Part shown: positions 39,581 to 50,271 of the stretch, piece after piece
How positions within the stretch are numbered: position 1 is the stretch's first letter
Layout: each line of letters opens with the position of its first letter
Source of the DNA: an uncultured SAR116 cluster alpha proteobacterium
Lineage (GTDB): Bacteria; Pseudomonadota; Alphaproteobacteria; Puniceispirillales; Marisalimonadaceae
NCBI GenBank assembly: GCA_902595145.1
Contig: CACJOU010000004.1
Span: 7,414-71,413, forward strand
Reading direction: 5' to 3'
DNA length: 64,000 nt
The notes under the pieces: model-generated
Database searches by the model: none
What the model saw: the letters and a program-made list of their open reading frames with translations, nothing else
What the model was told of the DNA's origin: nothing
Program-made: the position numbers and the translations under genes

Positions 39581-40609
39581 ATGTCTTCCAAAACACAAAC
39601 TTTCATTGAGAAAAATTTAAATATTATTTTTTTTATTTTTGTCATCTTTCTTATTATTTTATACCTGTTTGAAGTTATCATTCCTTTTTTGATTGCATTT
39701 ATTATAACATATTTAACAAACCCATTAAAAATCTATCTTGACAAATATGTAAATGAGACTTTTTCAAGCTTTTTGTCAATTATAGCTTTCATTTTATGTT
39801 TTTTATTAATTTTGGTTTTAATTTTACCAATTCTTATTTATCAAATACAAAATTTAGTTTTATTGTTGCCTGTATATTTAGAGGAAATTGAAATATTTTT
39901 GAGAGATATTAATACTAAGTATTTATTCACCGAAAAAATTAAAACAGTTGATTACACTACTTTAATAAAACCCGTAACTGATAGTTTAATTAATTCAAGC
40001 AACAATATCATAGATAATAGTGTTCAATTTATTAATAGTTTTTTTAATATGATCTTAATTTTCGTTATTAGTTTTTATTTAAGTATAGAATTTAATAAAA
40101 TTAAAGAATTTGTATATAATATGGCAGACAAATCAAATTTTGTTGACTTTCATTTATTAATTAGAGAAACAGATGTCGTTTTATCTAAATTTATCCGGGG
40201 TCAAGGTTTTGTATGCTTAGCGTTATCAGTGATTTATAGTTTAGGGCTATTTTTAGTTGGTATAAAATTTGGAATATTGTTAGGTATATTTGCTGGTATA
40301 ATTTCATTTGTGCCTTATTTAGGTTCTTTTATTGGAGGAGGATTAACTCTAATTTTAGGCTTTTCTCAATTTGGTATTTCACCTCAATTAATTTTTATTA
40401 CTATTATATTTATTTCTGGCCAGTTGTTTGAAAGCTATTTTTTAACACCAAAATTAGTTGGAGAAGCAATAAAATTGAACCCTATTTGGATAATATTTGC
40501 TATAATGACGGGCGCTTATTTATCTGGATTTGTGGGTATTCTGATTTCTTTACCTATTGCCGCTATTCTAGGAGTTGTGGTAAGGCATTACTTCATAAAA
40601 TTTTTTTAG
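39581..40609 (+). CDS. AI-2E family transporter (PerM-like)
   Basis: Multi-TM; FIRGQ, SFVPYLG, LTPKLVG..LNPIWIIFA. Confidence 0.92.
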   Translation: MSSKTQTFIEKNLNIIFFIFVIFLIILYLFEVIIPFLIAFIITYLTNPLKIYLDKYVNETFSSFLSIIAFILCFLLILVLILPILIYQIQNLVLLLPVYLEEIEIFLRDINTKYLFTEKIKTVDYTTLIKPVTDSLINSSNNIIDNSVQFINSFFNMILIFVISFYLSIEFNKIKEFVYNMADKSNFVDFHLLIRETDVVLSKFIRGQGFVCLALSVIYSLGLFLVGIKFGILLGIFAGIISFVPYLGSFIGGGLTLILGFSQFGISPQLIFITIIFISGQLFESYFLTPKLVGEAIKLNPIWIIFAIMTGAYLSGFVGILISLPIAAILGVVVRHYFIKFF

Positions 40610-40619
40610 TGATTTATTA

Positions 40620-41345
40620 ATGCCCTTTAAATTAAGAAATATTAATAAGCTAGCTTTCAATAAACAAATGGCTTTACCATTAAAATTCAAATCAATAAAA
40701 AATAGGGAAAACTATCTTGTTTCTAAATGTAATATAGAGGCAGTAAAATTAATTGAAAATTCTACTTTTTGGCAAAATAGTAAAAAAACCAACTCTATTC
40801 CAGGAGCAATCGTTTATGGTCCTAAAGGTTCAGGAAAAACACACTTAAGTTCAATTTTAAAACAGGAAATCGATTGTGTTTATTTAACTTCTTTATCTAA
40901 TAATTGCCTTGAGCAAGTAATTGAAGGTAAAAACTTTATACTAGATAATTTCGTTCCAGGAAAAAATTTTCCTTCAGAATTGGTCATGCATTTCATAAAC
41001 CAGGTAACTTATAAAGAAGGTTCTATATTACTTTTATCAAGGCTATCACCTTTTCAAATGGAATGGAATCTGGATGATTTAAATTCAAGAATAAGAAGTC
41101 TAGTATCAAGTGAAATAAAATTGCCTGATGACGTGCTTCTTTATTCATTTATAGTAAAATATTCAAATGAAAAAAATTTATTCATAGGTGATAAAAAGCT
41201 TATATATATTTTAGAAAGACTAGATAGAAGTTTTGAAAGTGTTATAAAAGTAATTGATAGATTAGATACACATTCTCTACAATTTAATGAAAAAGTAACT
41301 TACAAAAACATTAAAATTATACTAGATAGTTTAAATGAATACTAA
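40620..41345 (+). CDS. hdaA: HdaA/DnaA-family regulatory inactivator of DnaA
   Basis: Clamp-binding-like QMALPL, GPKGSGKTHL, DLNSR, PDD, ERLDRS. Confidence 0.85.
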   Translation: MPFKLRNINKLAFNKQMALPLKFKSIKNRENYLVSKCNIEAVKLIENSTFWQNSKKTNSIPGAIVYGPKGSGKTHLSSILKQEIDCVYLTSLSNNCLEQVIEGKNFILDNFVPGKNFPSELVMHFINQVTYKEGSILLLSRLSPFQMEWNLDDLNSRIRSLVSSEIKLPDDVLLYSFIVKYSNEKNLFIGDKKLIYILERLDRSFESVIKVIDRLDTHSLQFNEKVTYKNIKIILDSLNEY

Positions 41346-42493
41346 AATTCTATTTTTTTTAATTTGTTATCTTTAATTGTAAATGCAATTTTCCCTCCTA
41401 ATAATAGATTTATATATTTACCAAAGATTTCGTTACGCCATCCTCTAAAAACTTCTAAATCTTCCTTTTGCCCATCAAGTATTAATCTTAATTCATCTGC
41501 GTCTGTAATTAATTTTTCTGCTAGACCACTCTTTTGTGAACAATATGATAATAAAAGTTTTAATAAATCTAAGCTTGCCTTACTCACATTTAGTTTTTTT
41601 GAATTTTTAGGAACTTTAGGCCATTTTACTGGTTCAATTTTACGAGAAATTTCAATTATTTTTAAAATTTCATTTAAATCTTTATCGCAAAGAATTTTGG
41701 GTATGCCTCTTATTTTTTTTATTGAAAAAATATCACTTGGTTTTAGTTGAGATATATTTACTAAAATTTCATCCCTAATAAGTCTGTTTCTTGGTAAGTT
41801 TCTTTTTTTACACTCAATTTCTCTCCATTCGGCAAGATATTTTAATATATTTAAAACTTCTCTTTTAGGATTTTTTATCTTAATTTTTTTCCAAACTTCT
41901 TTTGGGTTTGTGTTGTAGATTTGTTTATTTGTAAGACATTGAAATTCTTTTTCAACCCATTCTTCTCTATTTGTTTCCTTGATTATTGTTTGAAGTAAAG
42001 GAAAAATTTTGATTAAATGGGTAACATCTGACAAGGCATATTGTAGTTGCTTATTTGCAAGTGGTCTCTGAAGCCAATTTGAAAATTGACTTTCTTTATT
42101 TATTGTTAATCCCAAAAATTTATTAACTAACCCTTCATAACTTACTTGATCTCCTAAACCACAAAACATTGCAGCTATTTGAGTATCATAAATTGGCGTT
42201 GGAATTTTCCCAGTTAAATTAAAAAAAATTTCTATATCTTGTCTTCCAGCATGGAAAACTTTTAAAATTTTTTTGTTAGAAAGTATTTCCCAGAATGGTT
42301 GCAGGTCTATATCATAAAGTGGGTCAATTATTGCAGAAAAAGAATCGCTTGCAATTTGAATAAGACTTAAAATTGGATAATAAGTATTTTCTCTTATGAA
42401 CTCAGTATCAATGGCCAAAACTTTTTCATTAATACATTTTTTACAAAATTTTTTTAATGTAGTATTATCTCTAATAATATTAACTTTATCCAT
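41342..42493 (-). CDS. rnd: Ribonuclease D
   Basis: AIDTEFIRENTYYP, KVFHAGRQD, WLQRPL, HRDC region, GWRNEIFG. Confidence 0.96.
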   Translation of the reverse strand: MDKVNIIRDNTTLKKFCKKCINEKVLAIDTEFIRENTYYPILSLIQIASDSFSAIIDPLYDIDLQPFWEILSNKKILKVFHAGRQDIEIFFNLTGKIPTPIYDTQIAAMFCGLGDQVSYEGLVNKFLGLTINKESQFSNWLQRPLANKQLQYALSDVTHLIKIFPLLQTIIKETNREEWVEKEFQCLTNKQIYNTNPKEVWKKIKIKNPKREVLNILKYLAEWREIECKKRNLPRNRLIRDEILVNISQLKPSDIFSIKKIRGIPKILCDKDLNEILKIIEISRKIEPVKWPKVPKNSKKLNVSKASLDLLKLLLSYCSQKSGLAEKLITDADELRLILDGQKEDLEVFRGWRNEIFGKYINLLLGGKIAFTIKDNKLKKIEF

Positions 42494-42564
42494 TTTATCA
42501 TCTTATTTTGAATTTACAGAGGTGTTTACGTAAAAAATTAAGATTCTAATGTAGAGGTCCAATT

Positions 42565-43362
42565 ATGTCGATTATTAAGTATATATATTTTTTGATTTTT
42601 TTTTATATTTTTAATACTTATTCTGCTTTTAGTACACAACTTTTATCACATAAAGCAACTTATACTCTCAATATTCAAAATATTAAAGAAAATAGTTTTT
42701 TAGAAGGAGGGCAGGGACAAACATTTTTTGAAATTGTAGAAGATTGTAATGGATGGAACATAAAAGAAGATTATGTTCTTATATACGAATTACCTAATAA
42801 CAAGACATCAAACAGTTTTTCAAGTTATACCACCTTTGAAAATTTTTTAGGGACAAAGCATAGCTTTGAATTAAACGAAAAAAGTCAATTCAGTGGTAAG
42901 AAATCATATCAAGGTTTTATTGAAAAAAATCAGAGAGAAATTTCTGGTTCTATAATCAATAATTCCATTAAAAAATTGACTTTTAAGAAAGATATTTTAT
43001 TTCCAATTGAACATTTATTAGAATTAATTAAAGCAGCAAAAACTGGAAAGAAAATATTAACTAAAAAGGTATTTTTTGGAAATGAAGACGAAGAATTTAT
43101 TAAAATTGTTTCAGCATTTATAGGTCAAATTAGAAACTCTAAATCAAAAGATATTGATTATTTAAAGGGTAAAAAGATTTGGCCAATTAAAGTTGCTTTT
43201 TACAAAGAAAAATCTAAGCAAGAAAATCCAGAATATGAAATCTCTCTAGACATTGATGATTTAGGTGTAGTCCACTCATATAAAGTTGACTACGGAAACT
43301 TTGAGATAAAGGCTTTGTTAAAAAAATTTGAATTATTACCTAAAACAAAATGTAAAATGTAA
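42565..43362 (+). CDS. DUF1849 / EipB-like periplasmic envelope protein
   Basis: Signal peptide, LLSHKATYTL, C.GW, LFPIEH, WPIKVAFY, PEYE, DYGNF, C-terminal Cys. Confidence 0.82.
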   Translation: MSIIKYIYFLIFFYIFNTYSAFSTQLLSHKATYTLNIQNIKENSFLEGGQGQTFFEIVEDCNGWNIKEDYVLIYELPNNKTSNSFSSYTTFENFLGTKHSFELNEKSQFSGKKSYQGFIEKNQREISGSIINNSIKKLTFKKDILFPIEHLLELIKAAKTGKKILTKKVFFGNEDEEFIKIVSAFIGQIRNSKSKDIDYLKGKKIWPIKVAFYKEKSKQENPEYEISLDIDDLGVVHSYKVDYGNFEIKALLKKFELLPKTKCKM

Positions 43363-43364
43363 GA

Positions 43365-43532
43365 TTACTTTATTTTAGCTTCTTTAAACAACACATGCTT
43401 TCGAACTTTAGGATCGTATTTTTTTAGTTCTAATTTTTCTGGCTTAGTCCTAGGATTTTTTTTTGTAACATAAAAGAACCCTGTGTCAGCTGTACTCAAT
43501 AATTTAATTTGCAATGTAGCTGGTTTTGCCAT
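43365..43532 (-). CDS. rpmG: 50S ribosomal protein L33
   Basis: Not in the ORF track. Reads [55 protein letters not shown] (55 aa); GGAG RBS. Confidence 0.97.
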   Translation of the reverse strand: MAKPATLQIKLLSTADTGFFYVTKKNPRTKPEKLELKKYDPKVRKHVLFKEAKIK

Positions 43533-43587
43533 CATCTACTCCAATAAGTTTTGACATAAATTATTCTTTTTTTCTATAAAGTCAAGT

Positions 43588-45672
43588 TTATGAAAATTTA
43601 TTTTTTCTTTTATATTTATTTTTTCTTTTTTTATTTTTTGAGTCTATTGTTATATCTTCATGAAATTTCACTATGATACTTCCTGTTAAAGGTTCAACTT
43701 CTATAATTTTAGCTTTGAATTTCATCCCAATTATAAATTTGTAACCACTATCTATTCCAATAAGTATTTGTTTTGTTGGATCATAGTCATACCAATCATA
43801 AGGTAAATTTCTTAAAGGTAGTAAAGAGTCAGCTATTCCATCTTCAATAGATACAAAAATTCCAAATTTATGAATTGAAATAATAGTACAATCAACTAAG
43901 TCATTAATTTTTTCTTTAAACAAAAGTGATATTAGTCTATCTGTGGTCTTTCTTTCAGCGGCTACTGATTGCCTTTCGGTGTTTGAGATATGTTCACTAA
44001 TTATTTTGAATTTTTCATTATTAGTTTTTGAAGTTGTTAAATAACCTTTTCTTTTATTTTTGTTATTTATTATTTCAATAATTTGTCTATGGATTATCAA
44101 ATCTGAATATCTTCTTATTGGAGAAGTAAAATGAACATAGTTTTTTAATGCCAAACCAAAGTGAGATTTATTTTCATTATCATATTTAGCTTGAGACTGA
44201 CTTCTCAAAATAGATTGATTTATCATATCATAATCAGCTGTCTGTTTTGTGTTCTCTAAAATTTTATTCATTAATATTGGATGTGGTACCTTTCCTATAA
44301 GTATATTAGCTAGAGGAATTCCAATTATATCAATCAAACTTTTATATTTTTCTGGAGAGGGTGGCTCATGTACACGATATATTGCAGGGTAATTATATCT
44401 AATTATTTCTTCTGCAGCCGATACATTTGCAAGTATCATTAGTTCTTCAATAATTTTATTACTTGTTAGTCCGTAAATTTTTTTGATTTGAATTGGCCAA
44501 CCTGAATCATTGAATAAAATTTTCCTTTCGGGCAATTCAAGATTTAAAGCACCTCTTTTTTTCCTTAAAATTTCAAGGATTAAATATACATCATGTAACG
44601 ATTTTATAACTTTTATAATTTCATTATCAAAAATCTCATCTGTGTTTTTTTTATCAATAACATCTTCAACCTGTTGATAAGTTAAACGTTTTTTAGAATT
44701 AATCACAGATCTAAAAAAAGAATATGACTTCTTTTTTCCCTTTTCATCCAATATAATTTCTACTGTAAGGCATAATCTGTCTTCATTAGGTCTAAGAGAA
44801 CATCTATCATTAGACAATTTTTCAGGAAGCATTGGAATAACAAAATTTGGAAGATATACTGAATTTCCTCTAATTTTAGCTTCTTTGTCTAAAGCTGAAT
44901 TTGATTTCACATAATATGAAACATCTGCTATGGAGATTAAAACTCGCCATTCTTTTTTTTTGCTAACATATTCTGCATAAACTGCATCGTCAAAATCTTT
45001 GGCGTCGTCCCCATCAATTGTAACTAGCGATAAGTCTCTCAAGTCAACACGACCATTCTTCTCAAAAGCATTTAGATTGCTAATTTCATTTTCAATTTCT
45101 TTATTGAAGTTATTTTTTATACTGTATTCTCTTATTGCCAGGTAAGAATATACATTAGGATCGAGAACATTACCTATAACTTCTAATATTTCTGCGTAAT
45201 CTTGATAATCAATTTTTCTAGATTTTTTATTTTTATTAATTTTCAATTTTTTGATTTTAAGTTTTTTTAAAACTTCACGAGACGCTCTTTGAGCCTTTAC
45301 TACATCACCTTTGTTAATTTTTATATCATCAATTAAAATTGGTTGTATCTTTGCTCTTTTTTGAGAACCTCTTTCTAATTCGTTAAGGTAGAATTTCCCT
45401 TTTGATGTTAATTTCACTTCTGCAAAGAAATAATTTTTTTCAAATTCAATCTTTTTAATAATTTTTTTAAATTTGTATTGTTTTTTCTCAATAAATTCTA
45501 ATTCAACTAATAGATGATCACCAATATTGAAATCTATATTTGTTTTATCAAATGGAATTGAAATTTCTTGATCTGATATATTTTTATTTAAAATATGACC
45601 TCTAGCAAAACCATCATCATCAATAAAAATTATTTCTAAGTTTGAAATTTGTATTTTATTATTAGTTTGCAA
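43588..45672 (-). CDS. rnr: Ribonuclease R (RNB family)
   Basis: TIDGDDAKDFDDA, RGNSVY, HFTSPIRRYSDL, C-terminal S1 domain and basic tail. Confidence 0.93.
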   Translation of the reverse strand: MQTNNKIQISNLEIIFIDDDGFARGHILNKNISDQEISIPFDKTNIDFNIGDHLLVELEFIEKKQYKFKKIIKKIEFEKNYFFAEVKLTSKGKFYLNELERGSQKRAKIQPILIDDIKINKGDVVKAQRASREVLKKLKIKKLKINKNKKSRKIDYQDYAEILEVIGNVLDPNVYSYLAIREYSIKNNFNKEIENEISNLNAFEKNGRVDLRDLSLVTIDGDDAKDFDDAVYAEYVSKKKEWRVLISIADVSYYVKSNSALDKEAKIRGNSVYLPNFVIPMLPEKLSNDRCSLRPNEDRLCLTVEIILDEKGKKKSYSFFRSVINSKKRLTYQQVEDVIDKKNTDEIFDNEIIKVIKSLHDVYLILEILRKKRGALNLELPERKILFNDSGWPIQIKKIYGLTSNKIIEELMILANVSAAEEIIRYNYPAIYRVHEPPSPEKYKSLIDIIGIPLANILIGKVPHPILMNKILENTKQTADYDMINQSILRSQSQAKYDNENKSHFGLALKNYVHFTSPIRRYSDLIIHRQIIEIINNKNKRKGYLTTSKTNNEKFKIISEHISNTERQSVAAERKTTDRLISLLFKEKINDLVDCTIISIHKFGIFVSIEDGIADSLLPLRNLPYDWYDYDPTKQILIGIDSGYKFIIGMKFKAKIIEVEPLTGSIIVKFHEDITIDSKNKKRKNKYKRKNKFS

Positions 45673-45707
45673 TTATTTTTATGATTAAAATGTTATTGAA
45701 ATTAAAC

Positions 45708-48221
45708 TTATTTTTTCTTGGTTTGTTTCTTTTTTGATCTTTGAGGTTTTGCAGCCTTGGCAACAATTAATTCTATAGCTTTATCTAAGTCGATCTCTTC
45801 TAATGATATTGATTTGGGCAATGTTGCCCTTATTTTATTATATTCAACATATGGACCAAATCTCCCAGATTTAGCTAAGACTTTTCCATTTCCATCTGGA
45901 TGATCTCCTAGTACTTTCCCAAGTTTTTGACTGTTTTCACCTATTAAAACCACAGCATGATTAAGGCCAATATTAATTACTGTTTCATCAGCTGGTATGC
46001 TTATAAAATTTATATCATATTTTAAATACGGACCATATCTTCCTATACCTGCTGAAATATCCTGTCCTGTTTCTGGGTGTTTGCCTATTAATCTAGGTAA
46101 TGATAAAAATGAAAGAGCTTTATCTAGGTCGATAGTAGAAGCTTCTACTAGCTTCGGTATACTCGTTCGTTTTGGTTTTTTCTCTTCACCTAATTGAAGA
46201 TATATACCATATGGGCCTTTTTTAATTATAACTTTCAGACCTGTTTCAGGATCAATTCCCAAGACACCATCATTTTCAGGTATAAAAGTTTCATTGACAT
46301 TATTTTCTTCTTTATTTTCATTTTTTGCAATTTGTTTTGTGAATTTACATTCTGGATAATTAGAACAACCTATAAAAGCACCATACCTTCCTAGTTCTAA
46401 TCCTAAATTCCCATTGGAGCATGTTGGACATTTCCTATTCGGTTGTGAATTGGTATTCTCTTCATTTTTTGGAAAGAATAAATCAGTCAATTCCTTTTCT
46501 AGAGCTTCAAGAATTTTTTCTCTCTCAAGTTCTGACATTATATTTAAATGAGGTTTAAAATCATTCCAAAACTCTTTTAAAAGTGTTTTATAATTTAATT
46601 TTCCATCTGAAACTTTATCCAATTTTTTTTCCAAGTCAGCCGTAAAATCATATTCAATATACTGTCCAAAAAAATTATTTAAAAATGCTGTTAGAATCCT
46701 TCCTCTTTCTTGGGGAACATGCTTCCCTCTGTCTTTCTCAACATAATTTCTATTTACGAGTACTTGTAAGATTGAGGCATATGTTGATGGTCTTCCAATA
46801 CCAAGTTCCTCCATTTTCTTTATAAGGCTTGCGTCAGTATACCTTGGTGGTGGTTGAGTAAAATGTTGTTCGCCATCAGTTTTTTCTAAAACAACATCTT
46901 CATCTTCAATTAAATGAGGTAAAATTTTATCATCATCTCTATCTCTATATATAAAAAATCCAGGAAAGTGAACTTGTGAACCGTTTGCTCTAAAAACAAT
47001 AGATTTATTTTTATTTGAAATGTCAGCGGCAGTTTCGTCTAATTCAGCGGACTGCATTTGACTTGATATAGTTCTTCTCCAAATAAGTTCATAAAGTTTT
47101 AACTGTTCAGCATCTAAGAAAGATGACATACCTTCTGGGTGACGAGATATTGCAGTTGGTCTTATCGCTTCATGGGCTTCTTGAGCATTTGCTGCCTTAG
47201 ACTTATAAATTCTAGGTGATTGAGGAATATATTCTTTGCCATGAAGATTTGTTATTTCACTTCTTAATTCGTCAATTGCCTGAGTACTTAATTGGACTCC
47301 ATCTGTTCTCATGTAGGTTATTAGACCTGTTGTTTCGCTGCCAATATTTATACCCTCATATAATTTTTGAGCTATTCGCATAGTTCTTGATGCGCCAAAA
47401 CCAAGTTTGTTAGAAGCTTCTTGTTGTAATGTGGAAGTAGTAAAGGGAGGCATGGGATTACGCCTAACTCTTTTTGTTGAAATTTTAGTAATATTGAATG
47501 ATGAATTTCTTATTTTTTCTAAAGCCAAATTTGTTTCATTTTCGTTCTTTAAATCCATTTTTGATAATTTGTTATTATCAAGAACAGACAACTTAGCTGT
47601 GAATTGTTGTTTATCATCTTTTGAAAAGATAGATGTTATTGACCAATATTCTTCAATGTTGAATTTTTCAATTTCAATTTCTCTTTCACATATAAGTTTG
47701 AGAGCAACCGACTGAACTCTACCAGCAGATTTTGAACCTGGAAGTTTTCTCCATAATATTGGAGAAATTGAAAACCCAATTAGATGATCTAAAGCTCTTC
47801 TTGCCAAATATGCTTCAACTAATTCAGAGTTGATTTTTCGGGGAGTTTCCATAGCATGCAAAACAGCATTTTTAGTTATCTCGTTAAAAACAACTCTTTC
47901 AACTGGTTTATCTGTTATCATTTTTTTTGAATTTAATATTTCTTGAAGATGCCAACTAATAGCTTCACCTTCTCTGTCAGGGTCAGTGGCTAAAATTAAT
48001 GATTCAGCTGACTTAAGTTCTCCAATTATTTCTTTGACAACTTTTTCTTTATCTTTATGCATTTCCCAAGACATTTTAAAATTTTCATCAGGGAGCACAG
48101 CACCATCCTTAGATGGTAAATCTCTAATGTGACCAACTGAAGCCATAACTTTATAATCATTACCAAGGTATTTATTAATAGTCTGAGCTTTTGCTGGAGA
48201 TTCAACTATTACTAATTTCAT
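45708..48221 (-). CDS. topA: DNA topoisomerase I
   Basis: LVIVESPAKA, ATDPDREGE, SAGRVQS, ITYMRTD, zinc ribbon, C-terminal GRYGPY repeats. Confidence 0.98.
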   Translation of the reverse strand: MKLVIVESPAKAQTINKYLGNDYKVMASVGHIRDLPSKDGAVLPDENFKMSWEMHKDKEKVVKEIIGELKSAESLILATDPDREGEAISWHLQEILNSKKMITDKPVERVVFNEITKNAVLHAMETPRKINSELVEAYLARRALDHLIGFSISPILWRKLPGSKSAGRVQSVALKLICEREIEIEKFNIEEYWSITSIFSKDDKQQFTAKLSVLDNNKLSKMDLKNENETNLALEKIRNSSFNITKISTKRVRRNPMPPFTTSTLQQEASNKLGFGASRTMRIAQKLYEGINIGSETTGLITYMRTDGVQLSTQAIDELRSEITNLHGKEYIPQSPRIYKSKAANAQEAHEAIRPTAISRHPEGMSSFLDAEQLKLYELIWRRTISSQMQSAELDETAADISNKNKSIVFRANGSQVHFPGFFIYRDRDDDKILPHLIEDEDVVLEKTDGEQHFTQPPPRYTDASLIKKMEELGIGRPSTYASILQVLVNRNYVEKDRGKHVPQERGRILTAFLNNFFGQYIEYDFTADLEKKLDKVSDGKLNYKTLLKEFWNDFKPHLNIMSELEREKILEALEKELTDLFFPKNEENTNSQPNRKCPTCSNGNLGLELGRYGAFIGCSNYPECKFTKQIAKNENKEENNVNETFIPENDGVLGIDPETGLKVIIKKGPYGIYLQLGEEKKPKRTSIPKLVEASTIDLDKALSFLSLPRLIGKHPETGQDISAGIGRYGPYLKYDINFISIPADETVINIGLNHAVVLIGENSQKLGKVLGDHPDGNGKVLAKSGRFGPYVEYNKIRATLPKSISLEEIDLDKAIELIVAKAAKPQRSKKKQTKKK

Positions 48222-48314
48222 TTTATTTAATTCCTGGACTTATTTATTAAATATCAAAATGTACTAATTTAGTGCAGATAACATTACTTTAATGAAATAA
48301 CAATGATTATGTTT

Positions 48315-48941
48315 CTATATTTTTGGTTCAGATCTGTTGATTAAGCGTATGATATTTTCTCTATGCTGAACAAAACATACTAATGAAATTATGAAGGAAC
48401 TTATAAAATATATGATTTCAGTTTCATAATAAAACATGAAAACAGGTATTAAAAAATATGTAATTAGGGCAGACATAGAGCTTATTTTAAATACTTTTGT
48501 AATAAGTACCCATATCAATAGTGCAACTATACCAATATTTATATTAAGTGATAAAATAACACCAAACCCAGTTGCAACTCCCTTACCACCTTTAAACCTA
48601 AGCCAAATTGGAAAACAGTGACCTATAACAGCTGATATTGCAACAGTGCATTGATAAAATTCGACCATATTAAAATTATTATCGAAAACTTTAGGTAAAA
48701 TAATTGTAATTAAATAAATTGCTACTGCACCTTTACCACCGTCAAAAAGAAGAGTGAAAAGGGCTACTTTTTTATTTCCAGTTCGTAAAACATTTGTAGC
48801 ACCAATATTTCCACTCCCAATTTTTCTAATATCTCCTAACCCAAATATTTTTGTCAGTATTAATCCAAAAGGGATTGATCCTAAAAAATATCCAAAAACA
48901 AAGATTGAGACTAAAACTAAATAATTTAAATCATAAGTCAT
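48315..48941 (-). CDS. plsY: Glycerol-3-phosphate acyltransferase PlsY
   Basis: GSGNIGATNVLR, GHCFPIWLRFKGGKGVAT, HRENI. Confidence 0.97.
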   Translation of the reverse strand: MTYDLNYLVLVSIFVFGYFLGSIPFGLILTKIFGLGDIRKIGSGNIGATNVLRTGNKKVALFTLLFDGGKGAVAIYLITIILPKVFDNNFNMVEFYQCTVAISAVIGHCFPIWLRFKGGKGVATGFGVILSLNINIGIVALLIWVLITKVFKISSMSALITYFLIPVFMFYYETEIIYFISSFIISLVCFVQHRENIIRLINRSEPKI

Positions 48942-50263
48942 TTTATTATTTTATTTTTGAAAATCTGATTTATGAAGGCAGCTTGACCATTTATGAAAGT
49001 TGCTAAGATTTTACTATGAATTTTTTTCCTATCAAACGGAGTTGGACTAGTCTTTAAATTTTCTTTTTTAATTATATGCGGTTCATTTTCATCAAAAACT
49101 ATAAAGTTAGCTACTTTTTCTTCCTCTAAACTTGGGGTATCAATTCCAAAAATTTTTGCTGGGTTAATAGTTAAAAAAGAGATTGCTTTGTTAATATCAA
49201 TAATTTTTTTATGTACTAAATCTAAAGTAACTGAAAACAAAGTTTCAATTCCAGACGCGCCAACCGAAGCGGCAGAAAAAGGTTGAGCTTTTGTGTCCTT
49301 CGATCTAGCTCTATGATCAGATGCTATAGCATCAATTGTTCCATCTTGAATTCCTTCAATAATTGCTAGTCTATCATCTTCGCTTCTAAGGGGAGGTGAT
49401 AATTTGAATGCTGTGTTATAAGTTAATAATTTACTTTCGTTTAACGAAAAATAAGGTGGAGCAGTATCACATGTAATGTTTAAGCCTGATTTTTTAGCTT
49501 CTCTAATAACGTTTACCGCATCTCTTGTAGACACATGTGCTACGTGATAATGTGCCCCAGTCAACTTAGCTAATCTGATATCTCTTTCAATAATAATAAC
49601 TTCAGCACAGGCTGGAATTCCAATTAATCCTAAACGAGTAGATATTTCTCCTTCGTTCATTTCACCTCTTATAGAGGTTGTTGAGGCTTGATTTAAACCT
49701 GATAAATCTTCATCTTCTGCATGTTGTATTATGGGGCGATGTATCATTGTTGCATAACTCATTAATCGTCTCATAACTAGACTATTTTTAATACTCTTAT
49801 TTCCATTAGTGAAACCTATCGCCCCCATTTCTGACATCAGCCCAATTTCGCTAATTTCTAAACCTTTTAGATCTTTTGTTGCGGCTCCATAGACCATTAC
49901 TTTTGGAAGATTTATATCTTCTGATTGTCTTTTAATATGATCAATTATAGATGGATTGTTTAACTTTGGAGTTTGATTAGGTAATATTGCCATAGACGTA
50001 ATTCCACTTTCGGCGGCAGTAATTTGAGTGAATTTTAGATTCTCAGTCTTTCCAATATTTACCCGCATATCAAATATACCAGGTGACATTGTAAGACCCT
50101 CACAGTCATAAATTATAGTTTGATTATCTTTATTAAATTTTTCTAAATTTAAATCTTTTGATATACTAATAATGGTTTCATTTTGAATTACTACATTTAC
50201 TTTTTGATTAAAATTTGTAGCAGGATTTATAAGTTTGATAGATTTAAAAATTATATGTGTCAT
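48938..50263 (-). CDS. pyrC: Dihydroorotase-like protein, probably the non-catalytic PyrC' type
   Basis: Amidohydrolase fold (HAED, KLSPPLR, IASDH) next to pyrB; the metal-binding DxHxH is replaced by DMRVN. Confidence 0.85.
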   Translation of the reverse strand: MTHIIFKSIKLINPATNFNQKVNVVIQNETIISISKDLNLEKFNKDNQTIIYDCEGLTMSPGIFDMRVNIGKTENLKFTQITAAESGITSMAILPNQTPKLNNPSIIDHIKRQSEDINLPKVMVYGAATKDLKGLEISEIGLMSEMGAIGFTNGNKSIKNSLVMRRLMSYATMIHRPIIQHAEDEDLSGLNQASTTSIRGEMNEGEISTRLGLIGIPACAEVIIIERDIRLAKLTGAHYHVAHVSTRDAVNVIREAKKSGLNITCDTAPPYFSLNESKLLTYNTAFKLSPPLRSEDDRLAIIEGIQDGTIDAIASDHRARSKDTKAQPFSAASVGASGIETLFSVTLDLVHKKIIDINKAISFLTINPAKIFGIDTPSLEEEKVANFIVFDENEPHIIKKENLKTSPTPFDRKKIHSKILATFINGQAAFINQIFKNKIIK

Positions 50264-50271
50264 AGAATTCT

